From NCBI GenBank assembly GCA_048128005.1, contig JBEUKZ010000127.1:434001-498000 (forward strand): DNA of 64,000 bases, in the 5' to 3' direction. Each line of letters opens with the position of its first letter. The first letter of the stretch is position 1. The position numbers and the translations under genes were made by a program. Source of the stretch: Veleropilina oligotropha (lineage: Eukaryota). The notes under the pieces were generated by a model that was not told the origin of the DNA, did not search any database, and saw only the letters and a program-made list of their open reading frames with translations. Positions 1 through 13,774 of the stretch are shown one piece after another.

Positions 1-689
1 GGGAATATTTGTCAACAGCAGGTAGAAGAGAATAGCGTATATTTAAAGAAGCAATCCCCGCGAGAGATAAGGCCAGATCATATGTTGCAATTGGAATACT
101 TGATGTTGTATTTGAATCCAGTGATTTGCACGCCGCTGAAGCACGTTACCTGAAAGACTACATTTGAAGATTTTTCACTAATTCACCTTCACATTCCAAA
201 GCTGACGAAATCGATGACAAATCTTTGAATGCACAGGTGAAATCTGAATGATTAATTAATCACGTATATTGAACAACTATATCAAATAACATTGCATGTC
301 GACCTCTTTGCCCAATTCTTCCTTCGACTTGAGGAATGCTAATGAAATTTGAAATATGCTTACTATGGTCTTTACTGCAACCGCTATATTCAATGCCTGC
401 CCACTCCTTCCTCCAAAAGTTCATGAAAGGTGAACATCCCACGTATCATCAAATTGGCGTATGGATTCAGGAACGGTAGATAGGCTAATCTCTTCATTGA
501 GACCGCACACACACGTACGCCATTGACACGGTCCTTCTGATACCATCATATCGATTATCTACTTTGATTGAATCTACTCTTTTAATTTGGACACACTCTC
601 CACTCTCTTGGACAGTTGAAAACAGATTTGGAAGCACAGAAAAGTGACGAAGTACCACAAGAAGTCCGCTGACACAAAGAAAAGGACCG

Positions 690-942
690 ATGCTTAATGT
701 CCAGTATATTCACAACCATCGGGTTCAAAGCAATACATGACCATATTATCGCGGAAGGAAATCCTGGTCTCCCGGGAAATCAGCCATCTCCGACTAGTTA
801 CGGACAACTGTGATTCATAACTGAACAAATAATGTCATTTCCCAACCGAGATTCGAACCACTACTGTTCGTGTCAGCGGAATTAAAGGCAGTGAGTTTTC
901 GGAGTCCACAAACGAAACCACACAACTACATGTCGAAGTGGC
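690..942 (-). mobile_element. tRNA-derived SINE, family A copy
   Basis: Reverse-complement match to the SINE at 4464-4720, with B-box-like GGTTCGAATC on the minus strand. Confidence 0.65.
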
Positions 943-1094
943 CAACCAATACTTGAGATCTGCATTCAAATCATTTTCGAACAGAGTGGGGAAATACGAT
1001 GACCTTAACAGTCTGTTTTGAACAACAACGTAAAAGTTGAGCAAGGTATGCATAACAAGGTGCATAATTAAATCCCCAACGGTGGTAATTCTCG

Positions 1095-1775
1095 GTGACC
1101 GTGTTATTATATATGGCCATCCATTGGCACTCTCAACAACAAAAATATCAGCCCAAGTGAATGTTTCCGTTGTCAGCCCCATGTTTTTGTTTGATCGATA
1201 CAATTCTTTGAGTGCCAAATCTGTTTAACATGTTTTTAAAAACATGTTGCAGAACAAACTCTCAAAAGAGGCACCATTTCTTAAACAATAAAAGGTCTGG
1301 AATGTCACTGCTAACGAAGAATAAATCATAAAGAGTGCTGTCAACAGATCATGTGATATAACGGTACCTGATAACTTATTGTCACCGGATCTGATCCACA
1401 TCCCATCGAAGTTGAAGTGGGACAACAACAATTTGCAGTAACACATGAAGAAGCGAATGTCGTTATGATATATCTTACGATATATGCATATAGCAGGGCA
1501 CTCACATATCAAAGTAGTTCTGGTGGCATGAATGTGCTTATTGTTTCTCATCACTTGCATGCTCGAACTAGCGGGAGTCCAGAAACACTCGAATTAATCT
1601 TGAGTCATGTGCTAGAAATTGTGCTTTCATCAACAACAATGAGGTCGCGTTGAATGGGGAAGGGTCATGAATGCATTTGCACCACTGTACCACAAGTGCA
1701 CATAATGCCAGGTCATCTGACCGCTCATTTTGGAGTTTTCAATATTGGAAATGGAGTTTTCAATACTCTATATGC
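1095..1775 (+). pseudogene. Decayed ORF with PIN/FEN1-like nuclease motifs, probably transposon-derived (second copy about 15590-16270)
   Basis: Fragments in changing frames read FLFDRYNSLSAK and THEEANVVM, in the order expected for FDxY...SxK and HEEAD motifs; multiple stops and frameshifts. Confidence 0.35.
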
Positions 1776-4463
1776 ACTCTGGTTGCAGAACATCAATTTG
1801 TTCTTGCGCCAAATATGCATTAGCTTTCTGTGAATTCAGTAAATGCCAAAAGTGAGTGACGACAAAATCTAGTCCTGCACGCTAAGAAATATTTTCCACG
1901 TATGTGCTACTATTGAATATGATTTATTTCAATTTTGTGATTTCGATCATATATTTCGCAATGTCACAATTTTAATTTGATTTTATGGGTCCATACGTTA
2001 TGATGACCAATAATTCAGAAAAATGCAGTAATCCGTTTTTAACAACATTTTAAAATATTCCATGATCATCTATTAACATTTATAATATAGATTCTGTAAC
2101 TAAATACCACTGCGACAGTCTGCCATCTTGATATATCTATTTTTGTATCTAATAATTGCTTCATGCGCAATCTTAGACAGCCGCCATGTTGGATTTTTAC
2201 AAATTAGCACAGTTTGACGACTGTCACGGATCGATTTTGCGATCACCATTTAATATAATGATTGTTTCGTTTGAATTTGTTTAAAACATATAAAAAGTCA
2301 TTTCATACATCTTTTGTTGTGTACGGTCTTAATGATATCAAAGTTATTAGATTTTATTTTTGTAGTGGCAGCCATCTATGCCAAATATGCTCAAGGTTTG
2401 GCGACTGGCACTCATCAGATTCGTGATCAGCACGTCAAAATCATACAGAAACAGTTGAAAAAGTTTATATATATAAAAAAAACAAGGTACCACCTCTTGA
2501 CTCCCGGACTAGAATGTCTAAGACCTTGGGTTGTTGGTGGTAAATAAGCTTATAATAATATGTATAACGACAGTCTAGTGAGTTTGATCATGAATCACAT
2601 ACTGTAACTTTATTTTTTATAAGATAAGGACAATAATTATTAGCTAGTGGGGATATATGGTTCACATCAACTAAGGAACATAAAATTATACGACATTACA
2701 AAACACACCGCGTGTTCGACATAATGTTCCTTTAAACGTTTAAATCAATGATGATTTTTCTTGTTACATAAATTTTATTCCCACGACATAAATTCCAAGT
2801 CAATTAGATATGTTATAATTTTAGCGCTCCTTTTTGTTATTGTATGAAGAACGTTTGACATGGGTCAGCATAAGGGCGAGTACACTGAGTAGGAAACAGT
2901 GTTTATTTGCTGAGATTTGAAAAATGAGATTCAGTGACATACATATATAACTATTTACGGACTCAGGAAAATATACAGGAATCTAATGCTAATACATACG
3001 CTATTGTGGCGGCAATAACAAGTAGGCATGATTTGGAGAACATGTTTATGTGAATGCCTGTTTAATTAGTACCCCGTGGGCAAAATTACGTCGATATAAC
3101 GTTGAAACAACGCTAAGCTCGATATTGTAACAAGAACGACGCGTTCGAAATATGTCTTGACCTTTCTTTATTTCCCTCAAATTTTCATAACAGTTAATAC
3201 AATGGATAAGTGCAAGTACTTCCTGGCTTAATTTACTAACCCGTCGATTGTGACGTCACCAAATGACGATTAATCTAAGGCGACGTCGTAATGACGTCAT
3301 TGCCATTTGCTTGCAATATTAGACATCCAGTATATACAAATATGGATAAAAGTGCTCAATAAATGCATATTTTTGCAAAATTGTGTCGCGAAAGTAATAT
3401 ACACGACCTACAAATACTCTTGGGAATGTGTGTACCAATTTTGGTGAAAATTGAGCGGGTAGTTTTCAAATAAATCGACGGATATATATATATATATATA
3501 AGTATATAAGTATATACACACGGACCATTTGATAATGTCTTGTCTGTTTTTACAAAAATGTCAAGACATAAAAACGTCGAATGATCTTCGAATTTGAAAG
3601 TTTTCAATACGTGATAAATCAACGTCGAATCAATGTCAGATTGCAACGTTGTAACAACGTAGTTATCGCATGCGATTTCAACAATGTAACAACATCTTCT
3701 CCCAACGTCCACTCGACGTCTGCGCCGACATTGGAATGACGTTGGAAATTGATTGGATTTGAAAGTTTTTAAAACGTCAGAAATTCACGTCATGTCACTT
3801 TGACATTTCAACATTGTAAAAACGTTGTTAAAGAGTAGTTCTTTAACGTTGCGGTAGCGTCTTCTCCCAACGCTTACGCAACGCCATGTCCCGACATATG
3901 GAGGGGCTGGAAATTGATTGGATTTGAAACTTTTGTAGAGATAAAAATTCCCTGTCGTTTCAATGCCATCGTTGAACGTAGGTTTTCGCTGATACCGAAT
4001 GGACGTCGATGTCTTGAGGGTGTCCATTTTCTATCTTTGAGACAAGAGGCAACAGTATCTGCTGCATAAACATATATGGCATCAGGTTTTAGTATGTTTT
4101 CAAATAGTGAATGTGTGAATGACCATCTGATGATAGAATGGACAAGAGTGCGACTTTCAATTCATTCACCTGACTGGCCTGATTTACATGAATAGGTTAG
4201 AATCATTACTATTGACAACGTTATTCAGTTAGCAATCACAATTTTTCAGAACTAGTGGGTTTTCCTTGTTACCGAACTTTCCCAATGACAAAGAGTCGTT
4301 ATTTTTGTCTCAGATTTGGATAACTTCCAGTGAAACTTACGTCTAGAAATAATGGCCTACCTCAGACAACATAATATATTTATACTTATATTACGTGGGA
4401 TATTTTATATCGCTGCAACTTAACTTAGTTGCATATGTTCGCATTTGATACCAACTAATACTT

Positions 4464-4720
4464 GCCGCTTCGACAGTACAGTGGTATCGCTTGTGGACTC
4501 CGAAAATCACTGACTTGATTCCACTGACGCGAACAGTAGTGGGTTCAAACCTCGGCAGGGGCAGCACATATTTGTTCAAATTATGAATCACATTTGTCGG
4601 TAACTGGTCGGAGAGGGCGGATTTACCCGGGAGACCGGGCTTTCCTCCAGCGACAATACGGACATGTCCTGCTTTTAACCAAATGATGGTTGGAAATATA
4701 CATGACATTAAGCATCGATC
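4464..4720 (+). mobile_element. tRNA-derived SINE, family A (V-domain-like core)
   Basis: B box GGGTTCAAACC at about 4541; core acccgggagaccgggctttcctcc; related copies at 690-942, 14465-14859 and about 63200-63270. Confidence 0.7.
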
Positions 4721-7700
4721 CTTTCCTTACCAACTAATAATAGTTTATCAGCATGTTACAGTATCCGGTTCATATACTAATATCGAATAGAAAATGCGTA
4801 TTGAAAAATCCAGACATTGTGCATGGCCGCAATCACGATGAACCGTAATGTTTCTTTTATTAATAAGTCCAGTTCAGGATTTACGGTGAACACAATGTTT
4901 CGTAAAGATTAAAACTACAACGCGGTTTTGTAAGGTTGGCACGAATATTAACAATGACTTAATCTAGAACGGACAGCATGGTGGTCAGCGTCCTTTATGA
5001 AGGTGGTGTTCACCTAAAAATCACAACACGGTTGTGTAAAGTAGACATAACACACCTTGATTTTGATGTACAGCAGACAGCCGGGCGGTCACAGACACTT
5101 ATGGAGGTAGTGATCACATAACAATTCACATATAAGACCGTTCATTATAAAGTGTACATAAACACATGCGTGACTAAATGAAATGAACCATGCAATCACA
5201 AAATATATCAATTATTTATTGAACAAATATTTAAAAAGTAACCAAAACTACAGAAATACGATATACCATTTCGAGTAGCACGGTTCCAATTCAATCCAGC
5301 TCGAAGGCGATCCTTTTTGATTTCTAGTATCCCCGTGTGGCATTTCTAAAATAAAAATAAATTGAATTTGCATCAGAACTGGAAATGTACTTGCGCACAT
5401 CGACGCCGTAGGACAACAAATTAAATTTGCATCAGAACTGGACATGTACTTGCACACATCGACACCGTAGGACAACAATCTTGTAACTGGGATATGAACG
5501 ACTTATTACAATTTTGTCAATCTGAATATCATGTAGATTACATATATAAAATTTGATAGAAGCACATGTATATATAATAATATTGGGATGGGGAGATCTA
5601 AACGCATCCGCATCTTTTGTATATTATTAATTCCGGACAAGGGTCAGGTTCATGGTTTTGTGACAGTTCTGTAATACTAGTATGTGATTTGAAAACGTGA
5701 CCATAATTATTGAAAGTAGAGATTTATAGTAAATGCATGTGAGCGGTTATGCATAACTTCTCACGTTTAATGCCATATCTACATCAGCAATACCGTACGC
5801 CTTTTGTCTCAACATGACAATATATCAAAATCAACATAACATTATTCGCGACATTGTACGGTCTACAAATATTGTATAACTTCGTCGCAGCGTAAATTCT
5901 TCGAATACTCAACATTGCTTCAGCGTAATAATGTCGCACCGGTAGCCCAGTGGATTAGAGTGAATTTAAGTCTCATAATTTACTTCCTTTATTGCTCTGA
6001 CTATCAGGAGTGGGGTCGAACATTGGCGGAAGTATTCTTTATCAGTCACTAGTCACAGTTATGTATAACTGTCCGGTGAGGTTGGATTTTTCCGGGCGAT
6101 AATAAGGGCATATTCGGGTTGCTAAAACCACATGCAACAGTTTGCATCAACCTATTCGATATAACGTTGTTCCGTGAACGTTGTAACTGGATTGTACCTT
6201 AGTATAATTTCATCGCGACGCAGGCGTAAATACTTTGAACAATCAACGTTGTTTCAGCGTGAAAATTCGACGTCGACATACGTTGATCCTTGGACGTCGC
6301 AGCGACGTTGTACAACGGCGCCTACTTGCCTGATCATACTTACACAGACACTCGCGCACGATAGACGACGCGTGCATGTGAAGGAATAGCAGACGTTGGA
6401 AGTTAATAACTTTCTTCAGAGAAATAACCGATATCAAACAACTTTTCTGTCATGAATAACGCCAACCATAAATATATGAAAGTAATATTGGTAAGTTTTA
6501 ACAACAATAAGTATAAAATATTCTAAAGCAAACCGCTTATAGCACATATAGCTTGGCAATTTCTATTATTTATGGAAGTTATCATTTAGTTAGTTAGTTT
6601 AGCTATATTCAAGAAACTCTTATTTTTAAGTTCATTGTGGCCACATTAACATATATGAATATTCATATGTTACGAATGTTTATAGTCATTTTAATTATGC
6701 TTTCATTGATTTATAAGATCTCGTTCCGACAGCAGTCGTGAGACATTTGCTTGATAGTAAAAGTTGTGACATTTATCAATGAAAAAAGTAGTCCCGTGAC
6801 CTGACATCAGCAGACTGCTATTGTCCAATCAAAATTGAGGGTTGGGGGTCAACTGTTTATCCAACACCCGTAAGATACGAGATTTTTACTAAACACTAAT
6901 ATCCTCAACACCTGAGTAATAAAAATTAATATTATGAAGTACAAATTAATATTATGAAGTACAAATTCAATAAAATGAAGGACTATTTTGCAGTAATATT
7001 ATCTTATGTGCGTTGAAAACATGTTTCATAATAATTAATTGTGGCAAAGAACCGTAATGATCATCCTAAAATTGTCTATCTGCTTATGTTGTCATTTAAC
7101 ATGAGTTTACTCTTGAAATATTAGCAGCTTTGGGATTACAATTCGTCTTTTTCGAATTATTTGTCAATAATGTATGTGCTATCAGTTTTAATTTAAATGA
7201 ATATTTTGTTTGTGGTAAAGAGTGTATTTCCATTATATTTATTTTGTGTTGAGTTTTGTTAAGTACGAATCCATTATGCGAACTCCTTATGAATAATAGA
7301 AATCCAGAAATAAGACCTGCATGGTGTGCAGAAATACAGCATATATGTTGTAGATTTGGATGATAGCTTAACATTCCCCATAAAGAGCAATCTCTAAATG
7401 TGATAACTTTCGTCACGACTTCATATTTGGTAAAAGTACATTTAGAAAATTTAATTCACCTTATGTATACTTTAACCTGCATCAGAAGTAGAAATGCATC
7501 CAAAGTTTACTTAAAGTGATATTGAAGTTGTAATATATTCCTGATCGGTGCAAAGTATTCCAATTACATGTATATTATGAAATAATAGTTTTAAACATGA
7601 ATTCCTAGCTGAGGTCATTGTGGGTTTGTACTTTACATTGAAAAACATGTCCCAAACTGGAGGAACTCTGGTAGGAAGGTCTTTTGACTACACTTGTAGC

Positions 7701-9199
7701 AATTTATTTGGACAGAAGAAGATTGTATGTACATTATATGGACAGAGTATTGAAACGATCAGCAAACATTTAAAAAATGACCTCTTAAAAAGAATTGCTG
7801 CATTTTCGTGAGAAACACCCATGTATATATATAACTGACCTGTCGCTTGTCAATGCTCCAGGTGCCCTTCTATGATCTTGTATTGTAAATATAAATTAGT
7901 GGTGCAGAATTCGAAATCTTGGGTGTTTTGTGTATGGAAGTCGAGTTTGAGGAAGCCCTGTGGATAGTTCCAAAGAACATCTCCACGAGTGCAGCTGGTA
8001 TTACCCGTTATCGTCATCGTATTTCCAGGTACAGGTCCCCTACAATAATAATATAGTCTTTATGTAATTCACAAGCAGAATAAATGTGTATTAATATTGT
8101 ACCGATGGCATCCTAACAATCAAAGTGCATTCTCATGTAACTTTTATTAGTTGAGCCGTTTACGGAGAAACTATTGTATTGAGGCTGTGTGTCTGTCTGT
8201 GTGGTGGTGTATGTCCACGATGACTTTACATGGCTCAACTATGCTTCCTCGCGGATGCGCTTGTTATTAGTTGAGAACATAGTGCACGGTATCGCGCTTA
8301 TATGACACCCGATTCACGTATAAATTATTATCACTATCGACAGACATGCAACAGTGGTTAGAATCTGGAAAATTCCCTTTCTTTCAATACAAACTCTTTT
8401 AATTTATTGACAATGATACATAACTGTTTATCGCTGAGGATCTTACTGGAGCGCACACATAATACAAATCACAAAAGCAGATAGTATGTTATTACTATCA
8501 ACAACATCCCATGTTTCCTCTTACGAACGATGTTAACTCTTCTCATATATTTATTTTTTAATTGAAAAATAAAAGGTAAAGTATTCGAAAACGAACATAG
8601 GTTACGTTAAATTAACAGTTTGTGGCAATACAAAGTTGTCTGGGTGTAAATAGTCCGGGATTCGCCAATGCAAATTACAGTCAACCTTGTTTTTTCATAT
8701 ATATACACTTGTTTCATCGTTTCTATAGTAATTTGACCTGCTGAATCCGAATTCGATGAGTGCCAGATCAAAATCCTTGAGCATTTTTGAGAAAATGGAA
8801 AAATCCAAGATGGCCGCTGCCGCAACATGAAAATCTATTAATCTCTGTGGCTGGTGATGGTATTATCATGAAAGAAATTATATTTCCTTTATTTTCAGAT
8901 ACAATTAATATAATATAATCATCGTTAACGAAATCAATGATAATCTTCCAAAATGACGGCCGTATTTACATAATAATCCAAGATGGCCGCCGCTAAATAG
9001 TGAACATCGGTAACAAAATATCAAGATGTAAACTTTAATAAGGGGTATTTTGTGTTCGGATATATATCTGAAAATCTCAAATGCTACGATAGTACTAATT
9101 AGCTGTCATATTGTTGGACTTACATGTGAATGATGGGGTGTCTCTAATGTGCCGTACAAACAAGCATACCCTCATTAAGTCGTCTATATTGAAGGTACA

Positions 9200-10186
9200 A
9201 TACAGGTGATCGACATCTTTCTGTCATCCACACATGTTTGAGAAATGAGTGTAGCCGGTTAAACGGAGATTTATATGCACATCATATTATAGATAATCCA
9301 ATGTGTCTATGCGGTTCGACAACTGAAAATGCATCACATTTTCTACTTCATTGTCAAAATTATATCATGCAGAGAAACATATTATTACGATCTATTTCAT
9401 ATATATGTTCAAACGAAATAACCATCGATCTTTTATTACGAGGCAGTACCACACTTAATTCTTGTGACAACAAGAATATTTTCAATGAAGTACAAAACTA
9501 CATTAAACAGACTCGCCGATTCACTGAATAGTGCTACTTTTACTTTGATTTTATTTTACTATTTATTTTAATGGTAGGCTTATATATATATTCCTATATA
9601 TGTTTGGCACTCCTCTTCTGTGCTATTAGTTATGCTGGCCGCTCCGGTTGTCGTGTGGTATCGAGTCTGATATCACTGGTTCGATTGTGTAAAATAATAA
9701 GAGTGGATCTCAATCAATTGTCAATTGCAGCTGTCCGTAGCTGGCCGGAGAGAACGGTTTACCTTTGAAAACCATCCATCTCATGATAATATGGACATGT
9801 CCTGCCTTGAAAACGAATGTTGTAAATTGCAGGACATAAATACAATGCATAAATTCAATACTAATCATATTTGTTTTGTTAGCATATGTACATTGTTAAT
9901 TTATACTTTCTACATTAGGTACATTTATTTGTTATTTTTCCATAATTAGCCATGTATATTTTGTTAATGAATGAAGTCTGAGCTTAGCCAGCTTCCTCAC
10001 ACCAGCACTCGCACAATCAGCACCATGAATTTGAATGTTACGTCTATTATGTATAACAGTTGTCATGTTGTCAAAATGATTATATATCACCGTATGGAAA
10101 GGACCCTTGTAAGTTGCAATAACTTTTGTCCAATCCAGAAATTGTTTTTATAGAACAATAAAATATGTTTAAATAAAAAAAAAAAA
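9200..10186 (+). mobile_element. 3' fragment of a LINE (ORF2 C-terminal Cys/His motif, 3' UTR, poly-A)
   Basis: ORF 9238-9531 has CLCG..ENASHFLLHC; ends with AATAAA and an A-run at about 10170-10186. Confidence 0.7.
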
Positions 10187-10686
10187 TTGAAGTTTGAGAA
10201 ATGCAAATGACAAGTGTGTGAGATTTGAATATGGATTCAGTTATGTATAGGTTAGATTTTAGCGTCTTATCAAAATAGAAGGCAAGTCCGTAGGACGAGC
10301 GTACTTTTTGATAAGGGGCTACAATCTGCCGTCTAACCGACTTAGAAGCTCCATTTCATTTCTCCACACAAATTAATTCCTATTGTCAAATTTAATAAAC
10401 TGTTTATATTTTCGAAACATATATTCATTACTAAACATTTTGCTTTTTTAACATTATATTAAGAAAATGCATATGAAGACTATTACTTGTCACCCTATTT
10501 CTAATAATAGGTAAGGTATCGCGAACAAAAGACCTGGCAAGTGCCATCTTCAGCAATAAGTGGCAAATAATACAGCTCTCTCATTAGCCGAGAAATGAAG
10601 TGGGATTCTAAATAATAGAGATGTAATAATATACATATTGCACGAAAATTCCAAATGTACTTCAGACGATGAAACATGCTGACGAC

Positions 10687-13670
10687 ATTATTATTATTTA
10701 TTATTATTATTTAATACATTTATAATGCGCCTATTCTAGTGTAGCTCTAAGCGCAGTACAAACTATAACTAATATTACAGTACAATGTACACAAGAATAT
10801 ACAGGAGAGACATCAATGATACATACTATGAATGCAATAAGCAATAATAATAATAAACAGAATATTTTTTTTGTTGAGTTTTTTCAATTTTATTATTTTT
10901 TTTACAAGCGCAATCAGACAAAGAGGTGAAGCAGCCATCAGCGTGAACTTCAACCAACTTTGAATGATACATATGATGAATGATATAAGCAATAACAATA
11001 AACAGATGTGAAGCAGCCATTACTGTCCTCCACTACTACGATGTCAGCTGAATTGTTAGTGAGATTTGATCAGGTTGGCATATACATCAGCAAATAGGTG
11101 CGTTTTCAACGTCTTCCGAAAACTTGTCTGAGATGTGCTTTCCTTTACTTTGGATGGGAGTTTGTTCCAGAGTTTTGGGGCATTGTTCATAAATGCTCTA
11201 TCGCCATATTTATTCTTTGTTCTATTCTCTGTCAACTGTTGTAAATGCTGCGACCTAAGTGCTCTAATAGGTCGATATTGAGCAAGAAGTTCAATAATAT
11301 ATCCAGGCGCTTTTCCTTGAAGAGAATTGTAAACGAATGTAAGAATTTTGAAGATAATCCGTTTCTCAACAGGGAGCCAGTGTAGGCTATATAGCAGCGG
11401 GGTTGCATGGTCCCTTGGCTGGGCAAGTAAAATCAGCCTGGCTGCGGCATTCTGAACTTGCTGCAATCTGTTAATGAAGCTTGCGTTTATTCCGAAAAGT
11501 AAACTGTTGGAATAATCAAGGCGAGATATGACATATGCATGCACAAGAAGCTTCGTTGCATCTGGTGTTAAAAAACGACGGATGCGTCTGATGTTTCTTA
11601 GGAAGAATAATGAGCATTTAACTTTATCAGAGACGAATTTTTCCATCGACATAGTGTTGTCGAAGTAAGCACCCAAATTTCTTACAAATTCGCTGGAGTT
11701 TATTTCAGTTTCACCAACTTGTAGGTTTACATCTCGCACCTTTGTGATGTTACTTCTTGAGCCAAATATAATAAACTCAGTTTTATCATCATTGAGTTTC
11801 AGCATGTTTGTGCACATCCAGTGTTTGATCTCTGAAACACAGCTCTCCAATATATCTAGGCTTGCCTTGAAGGAGCTTTTGGGATCAAATGCAATATATA
11901 TTTGACTGTCATCTGCGTAGAAATGATAGGACAGATTATATTTGGAGGCAATCTCTGCTACGGGTGTGACATACATCGAAAACAGAATCGGACCTAAGAC
12001 GGAACCTTGTGGCACACCGTAAGGGAGAGAGGCAGGGTCACTTTTCATGCCGTTTATGACGACGGTTTGTTTTCGCTCATGTAGATATGACTTGATCCAT
12101 GTAAGCGCTGATTGCTTGATTCCAAAGTAGGCGTTCAGGCGGTTAAACAGAATTTGGTGGTCAATTGTATCGAAAGCTGCACTCAGGTCAAGCAAGGCGA
12201 GAGCAACCATTGATTTCTGATGTAGAGATTGAAGTATGTCATTCTGAACCTTTAAAAGGGCTGTTTCTGTGGAGTGAAACATGCGATACGCTGATTGGTA
12301 TTTGTCCAAAAGCATGTGATTTTTCAGGTGAGAATTTAATCGAATTGCTACAACACGTTCCACAAGTTTTGAAATAAAACTTAGATTAGAAACCGGTCGA
12401 TAATTTTTCAGATTGTTTTGATCCAAATTGGCCTTTTTCAGTAAGGGCTTTACCAATGCGCTCTTGAAATTTTCTGGAACTTCTGCATTGGATAATGACA
12501 TGTTGACAAGCCGCGTCAAAATTGGCAACAATTCATCTGAACATGCTTTCAGCATCCATGATGGTAGAGGGTCGAGTGGGCACGTAGATGATGATGACCG
12601 CATAATGATCGACCTAATTTCATCATTCGTTGCAACTTCAAACGTTAAGAGTTGAATGTCATTACGTTTCGAATCTAAAGATTCATAGATTTCATCGGTG
12701 GTTGATTGCATTTGCGATAACGAAATTGTGTTTCGTATTTTGATTATTTTATCAACGAAGAAGTCGCTAAAAATAGTGGGAAGTGATTCCTCTTGATAAT
12801 CAGTTGGCAGTGGAGTTGACTTATTCCATTGTAACAGATCTTTGGTAACATTAAAGAGCTTCTTTTGATCATCTTTCGAGTTAATGACTTTGTTTGAGAA
12901 GAATTCAGTTTTAGCATCCGTGAGCAGATGGTTCACCAACTTGCACTGTTCCTTATATGCGTCGTAATCGGTGAGTTTGCCAGACTTATTCCACCGTCGT
13001 TCTAAGCGTCGTCGAATTACTTTAGCTTGGCGGAGGTTGGCATTGTACCATTGTGTATTTGGTCTTATGGTGACTGTTTTGGTGATCTCCGGAGCATGAT
13101 TGTCAATGATGAGTTTAATATCATTGTTATATTTATCGACCAACTGTGACAGGTCCATTTCTTGTGGAAAGACGATATGCGATAATTCTGTTTTGAACTC
13201 AGTAATGTCGACATCTTTGAGTTTACGGTAGCAAATTTGTTTCGATTCGGGTGCTGGCCTTTCTATTTTCAATTCAAATGAGATTAGAAAGTGATCCGAT
13301 ATCTGGCAATCCACAGTTTTCGTACTTAGTGGAAAAATTGCGTTGTCTTGTGAAATGATCACACAGTCTAGTATGTGATTACTTTTATGCGTTGGCTCAT
13401 CCACAATTTGTTTGAGGCCGCACGATTCCAGTAAAGAGTTGAATTTAATCACATCTGGGTGTTCAACTTCATCCAAGTGTAGATTAACATCACCAGCAAT
13501 TAAAATATGTTCGTTGGAGGCTGAGGCGTTTACCAAAAAATTTGAAAATTCATCTAGGAACTGCGCCGCGTTTTTTCCATGTGGGTCTGGTCTGTACACC
13601 GTCGAGATGCTAATTGATTTGCCTCTTATTGATAGAGTCGCTTCAATAATTTCGAAGGTATTGTACATCA
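10687..13670 (-). mobile_element. L2/CR1-group LINE family 1, copy A (5'-truncated)
   Basis: (TAA)n tail at 10687; open ORF2 with endonuclease and RT; exact 5' junction uncertain. Confidence 0.93.
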
Positions 13671-13695
13671 TGACGAAGCGTTTGGGGGGAACCAT
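11056..13695 (-). CDS. LINE ORF2 (partial AP endonuclease + reverse transcriptase); N-terminus truncated
   Basis: GDVN and SDH (APE); YRPVSNL, LDLSAAFD, GVPQGSVLGP and YADD (RT). Confidence 0.93.
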   Translation of the reverse strand: MVPPKRFVMMYNTFEIIEATLSIRGKSISISTVYRPDPHGKNAAQFLDEFSNFLVNASASNEHILIAGDVNLHLDEVEHPDVIKFNSLLESCGLKQIVDEPTHKSNHILDCVIISQDNAIFPLSTKTVDCQISDHFLISFELKIERPAPESKQICYRKLKDVDITEFKTELSHIVFPQEMDLSQLVDKYNNDIKLIIDNHAPEITKTVTIRPNTQWYNANLRQAKVIRRRLERRWNKSGKLTDYDAYKEQCKLVNHLLTDAKTEFFSNKVINSKDDQKKLFNVTKDLLQWNKSTPLPTDYQEESLPTIFSDFFVDKIIKIRNTISLSQMQSTTDEIYESLDSKRNDIQLLTFEVATNDEIRSIIMRSSSSTCPLDPLPSWMLKACSDELLPILTRLVNMSLSNAEVPENFKSALVKPLLKKANLDQNNLKNYRPVSNLSFISKLVERVVAIRLNSHLKNHMLLDKYQSAYRMFHSTETALLKVQNDILQSLHQKSMVALALLDLSAAFDTIDHQILFNRLNAYFGIKQSALTWIKSYLHERKQTVVINGMKSDPASLPYGVPQGSVLGPILFSMYVTPVAEIASKYNLSYHFYADDSQIYIAFDPKSSFKASLDILESCVSEIKHWMCTNMLKLNDDKTEFIIFGSRSNITKVRDVNLQVGETEINSSEFVRNLGAYFDNTMSMEKFVSDKVKCSLFFLRNIRRIRRFLTPDATKLLVHAYVISRLDYSNSLLFGINASFINRLQQVQNAAARLILLAQPRDHATPLLYSLHWLPVEKRIIFKILTFVYNSLQGKAPGYIIELLAQYRPIRALRSQHLQQLTENRTKNKYGDRAFMNNAPKLWNKLPSKVKESTSQTSFRKTLKTHLFADVYANLIKSH

Positions 13696-13774
13696 ATTTT
13701 ACTATTCAACGAACAATATATTATGTGGAGAAGCGTGCGAAGATTTGTCCCAACAAATATTCGGTTATAAGAAA

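Larger units (their letters stand above)
1..3071. repeat. Segmental duplication copy 1 (direct; partner 13775-17594)
   Basis: Position 1 (gggaatatttgtcaacagcagg) recurs at 13775; paired ORFs 260/14034 and 1225/15721; similarity ends at tttaattagta (3071/17594). Confidence 0.95.

Noticed and set aside
3072..4030. AACGTT/GACGT-rich stretch (similar at about 6130-6440) as a defined transposon
   Set aside because: Probably a decayed non-autonomous element, but I could not fix termini or a TSD
260..9150. Short ORFs in AT-rich flanks as host genes
   Set aside because: No motifs, many non-ATG starts and no consistent exon structure
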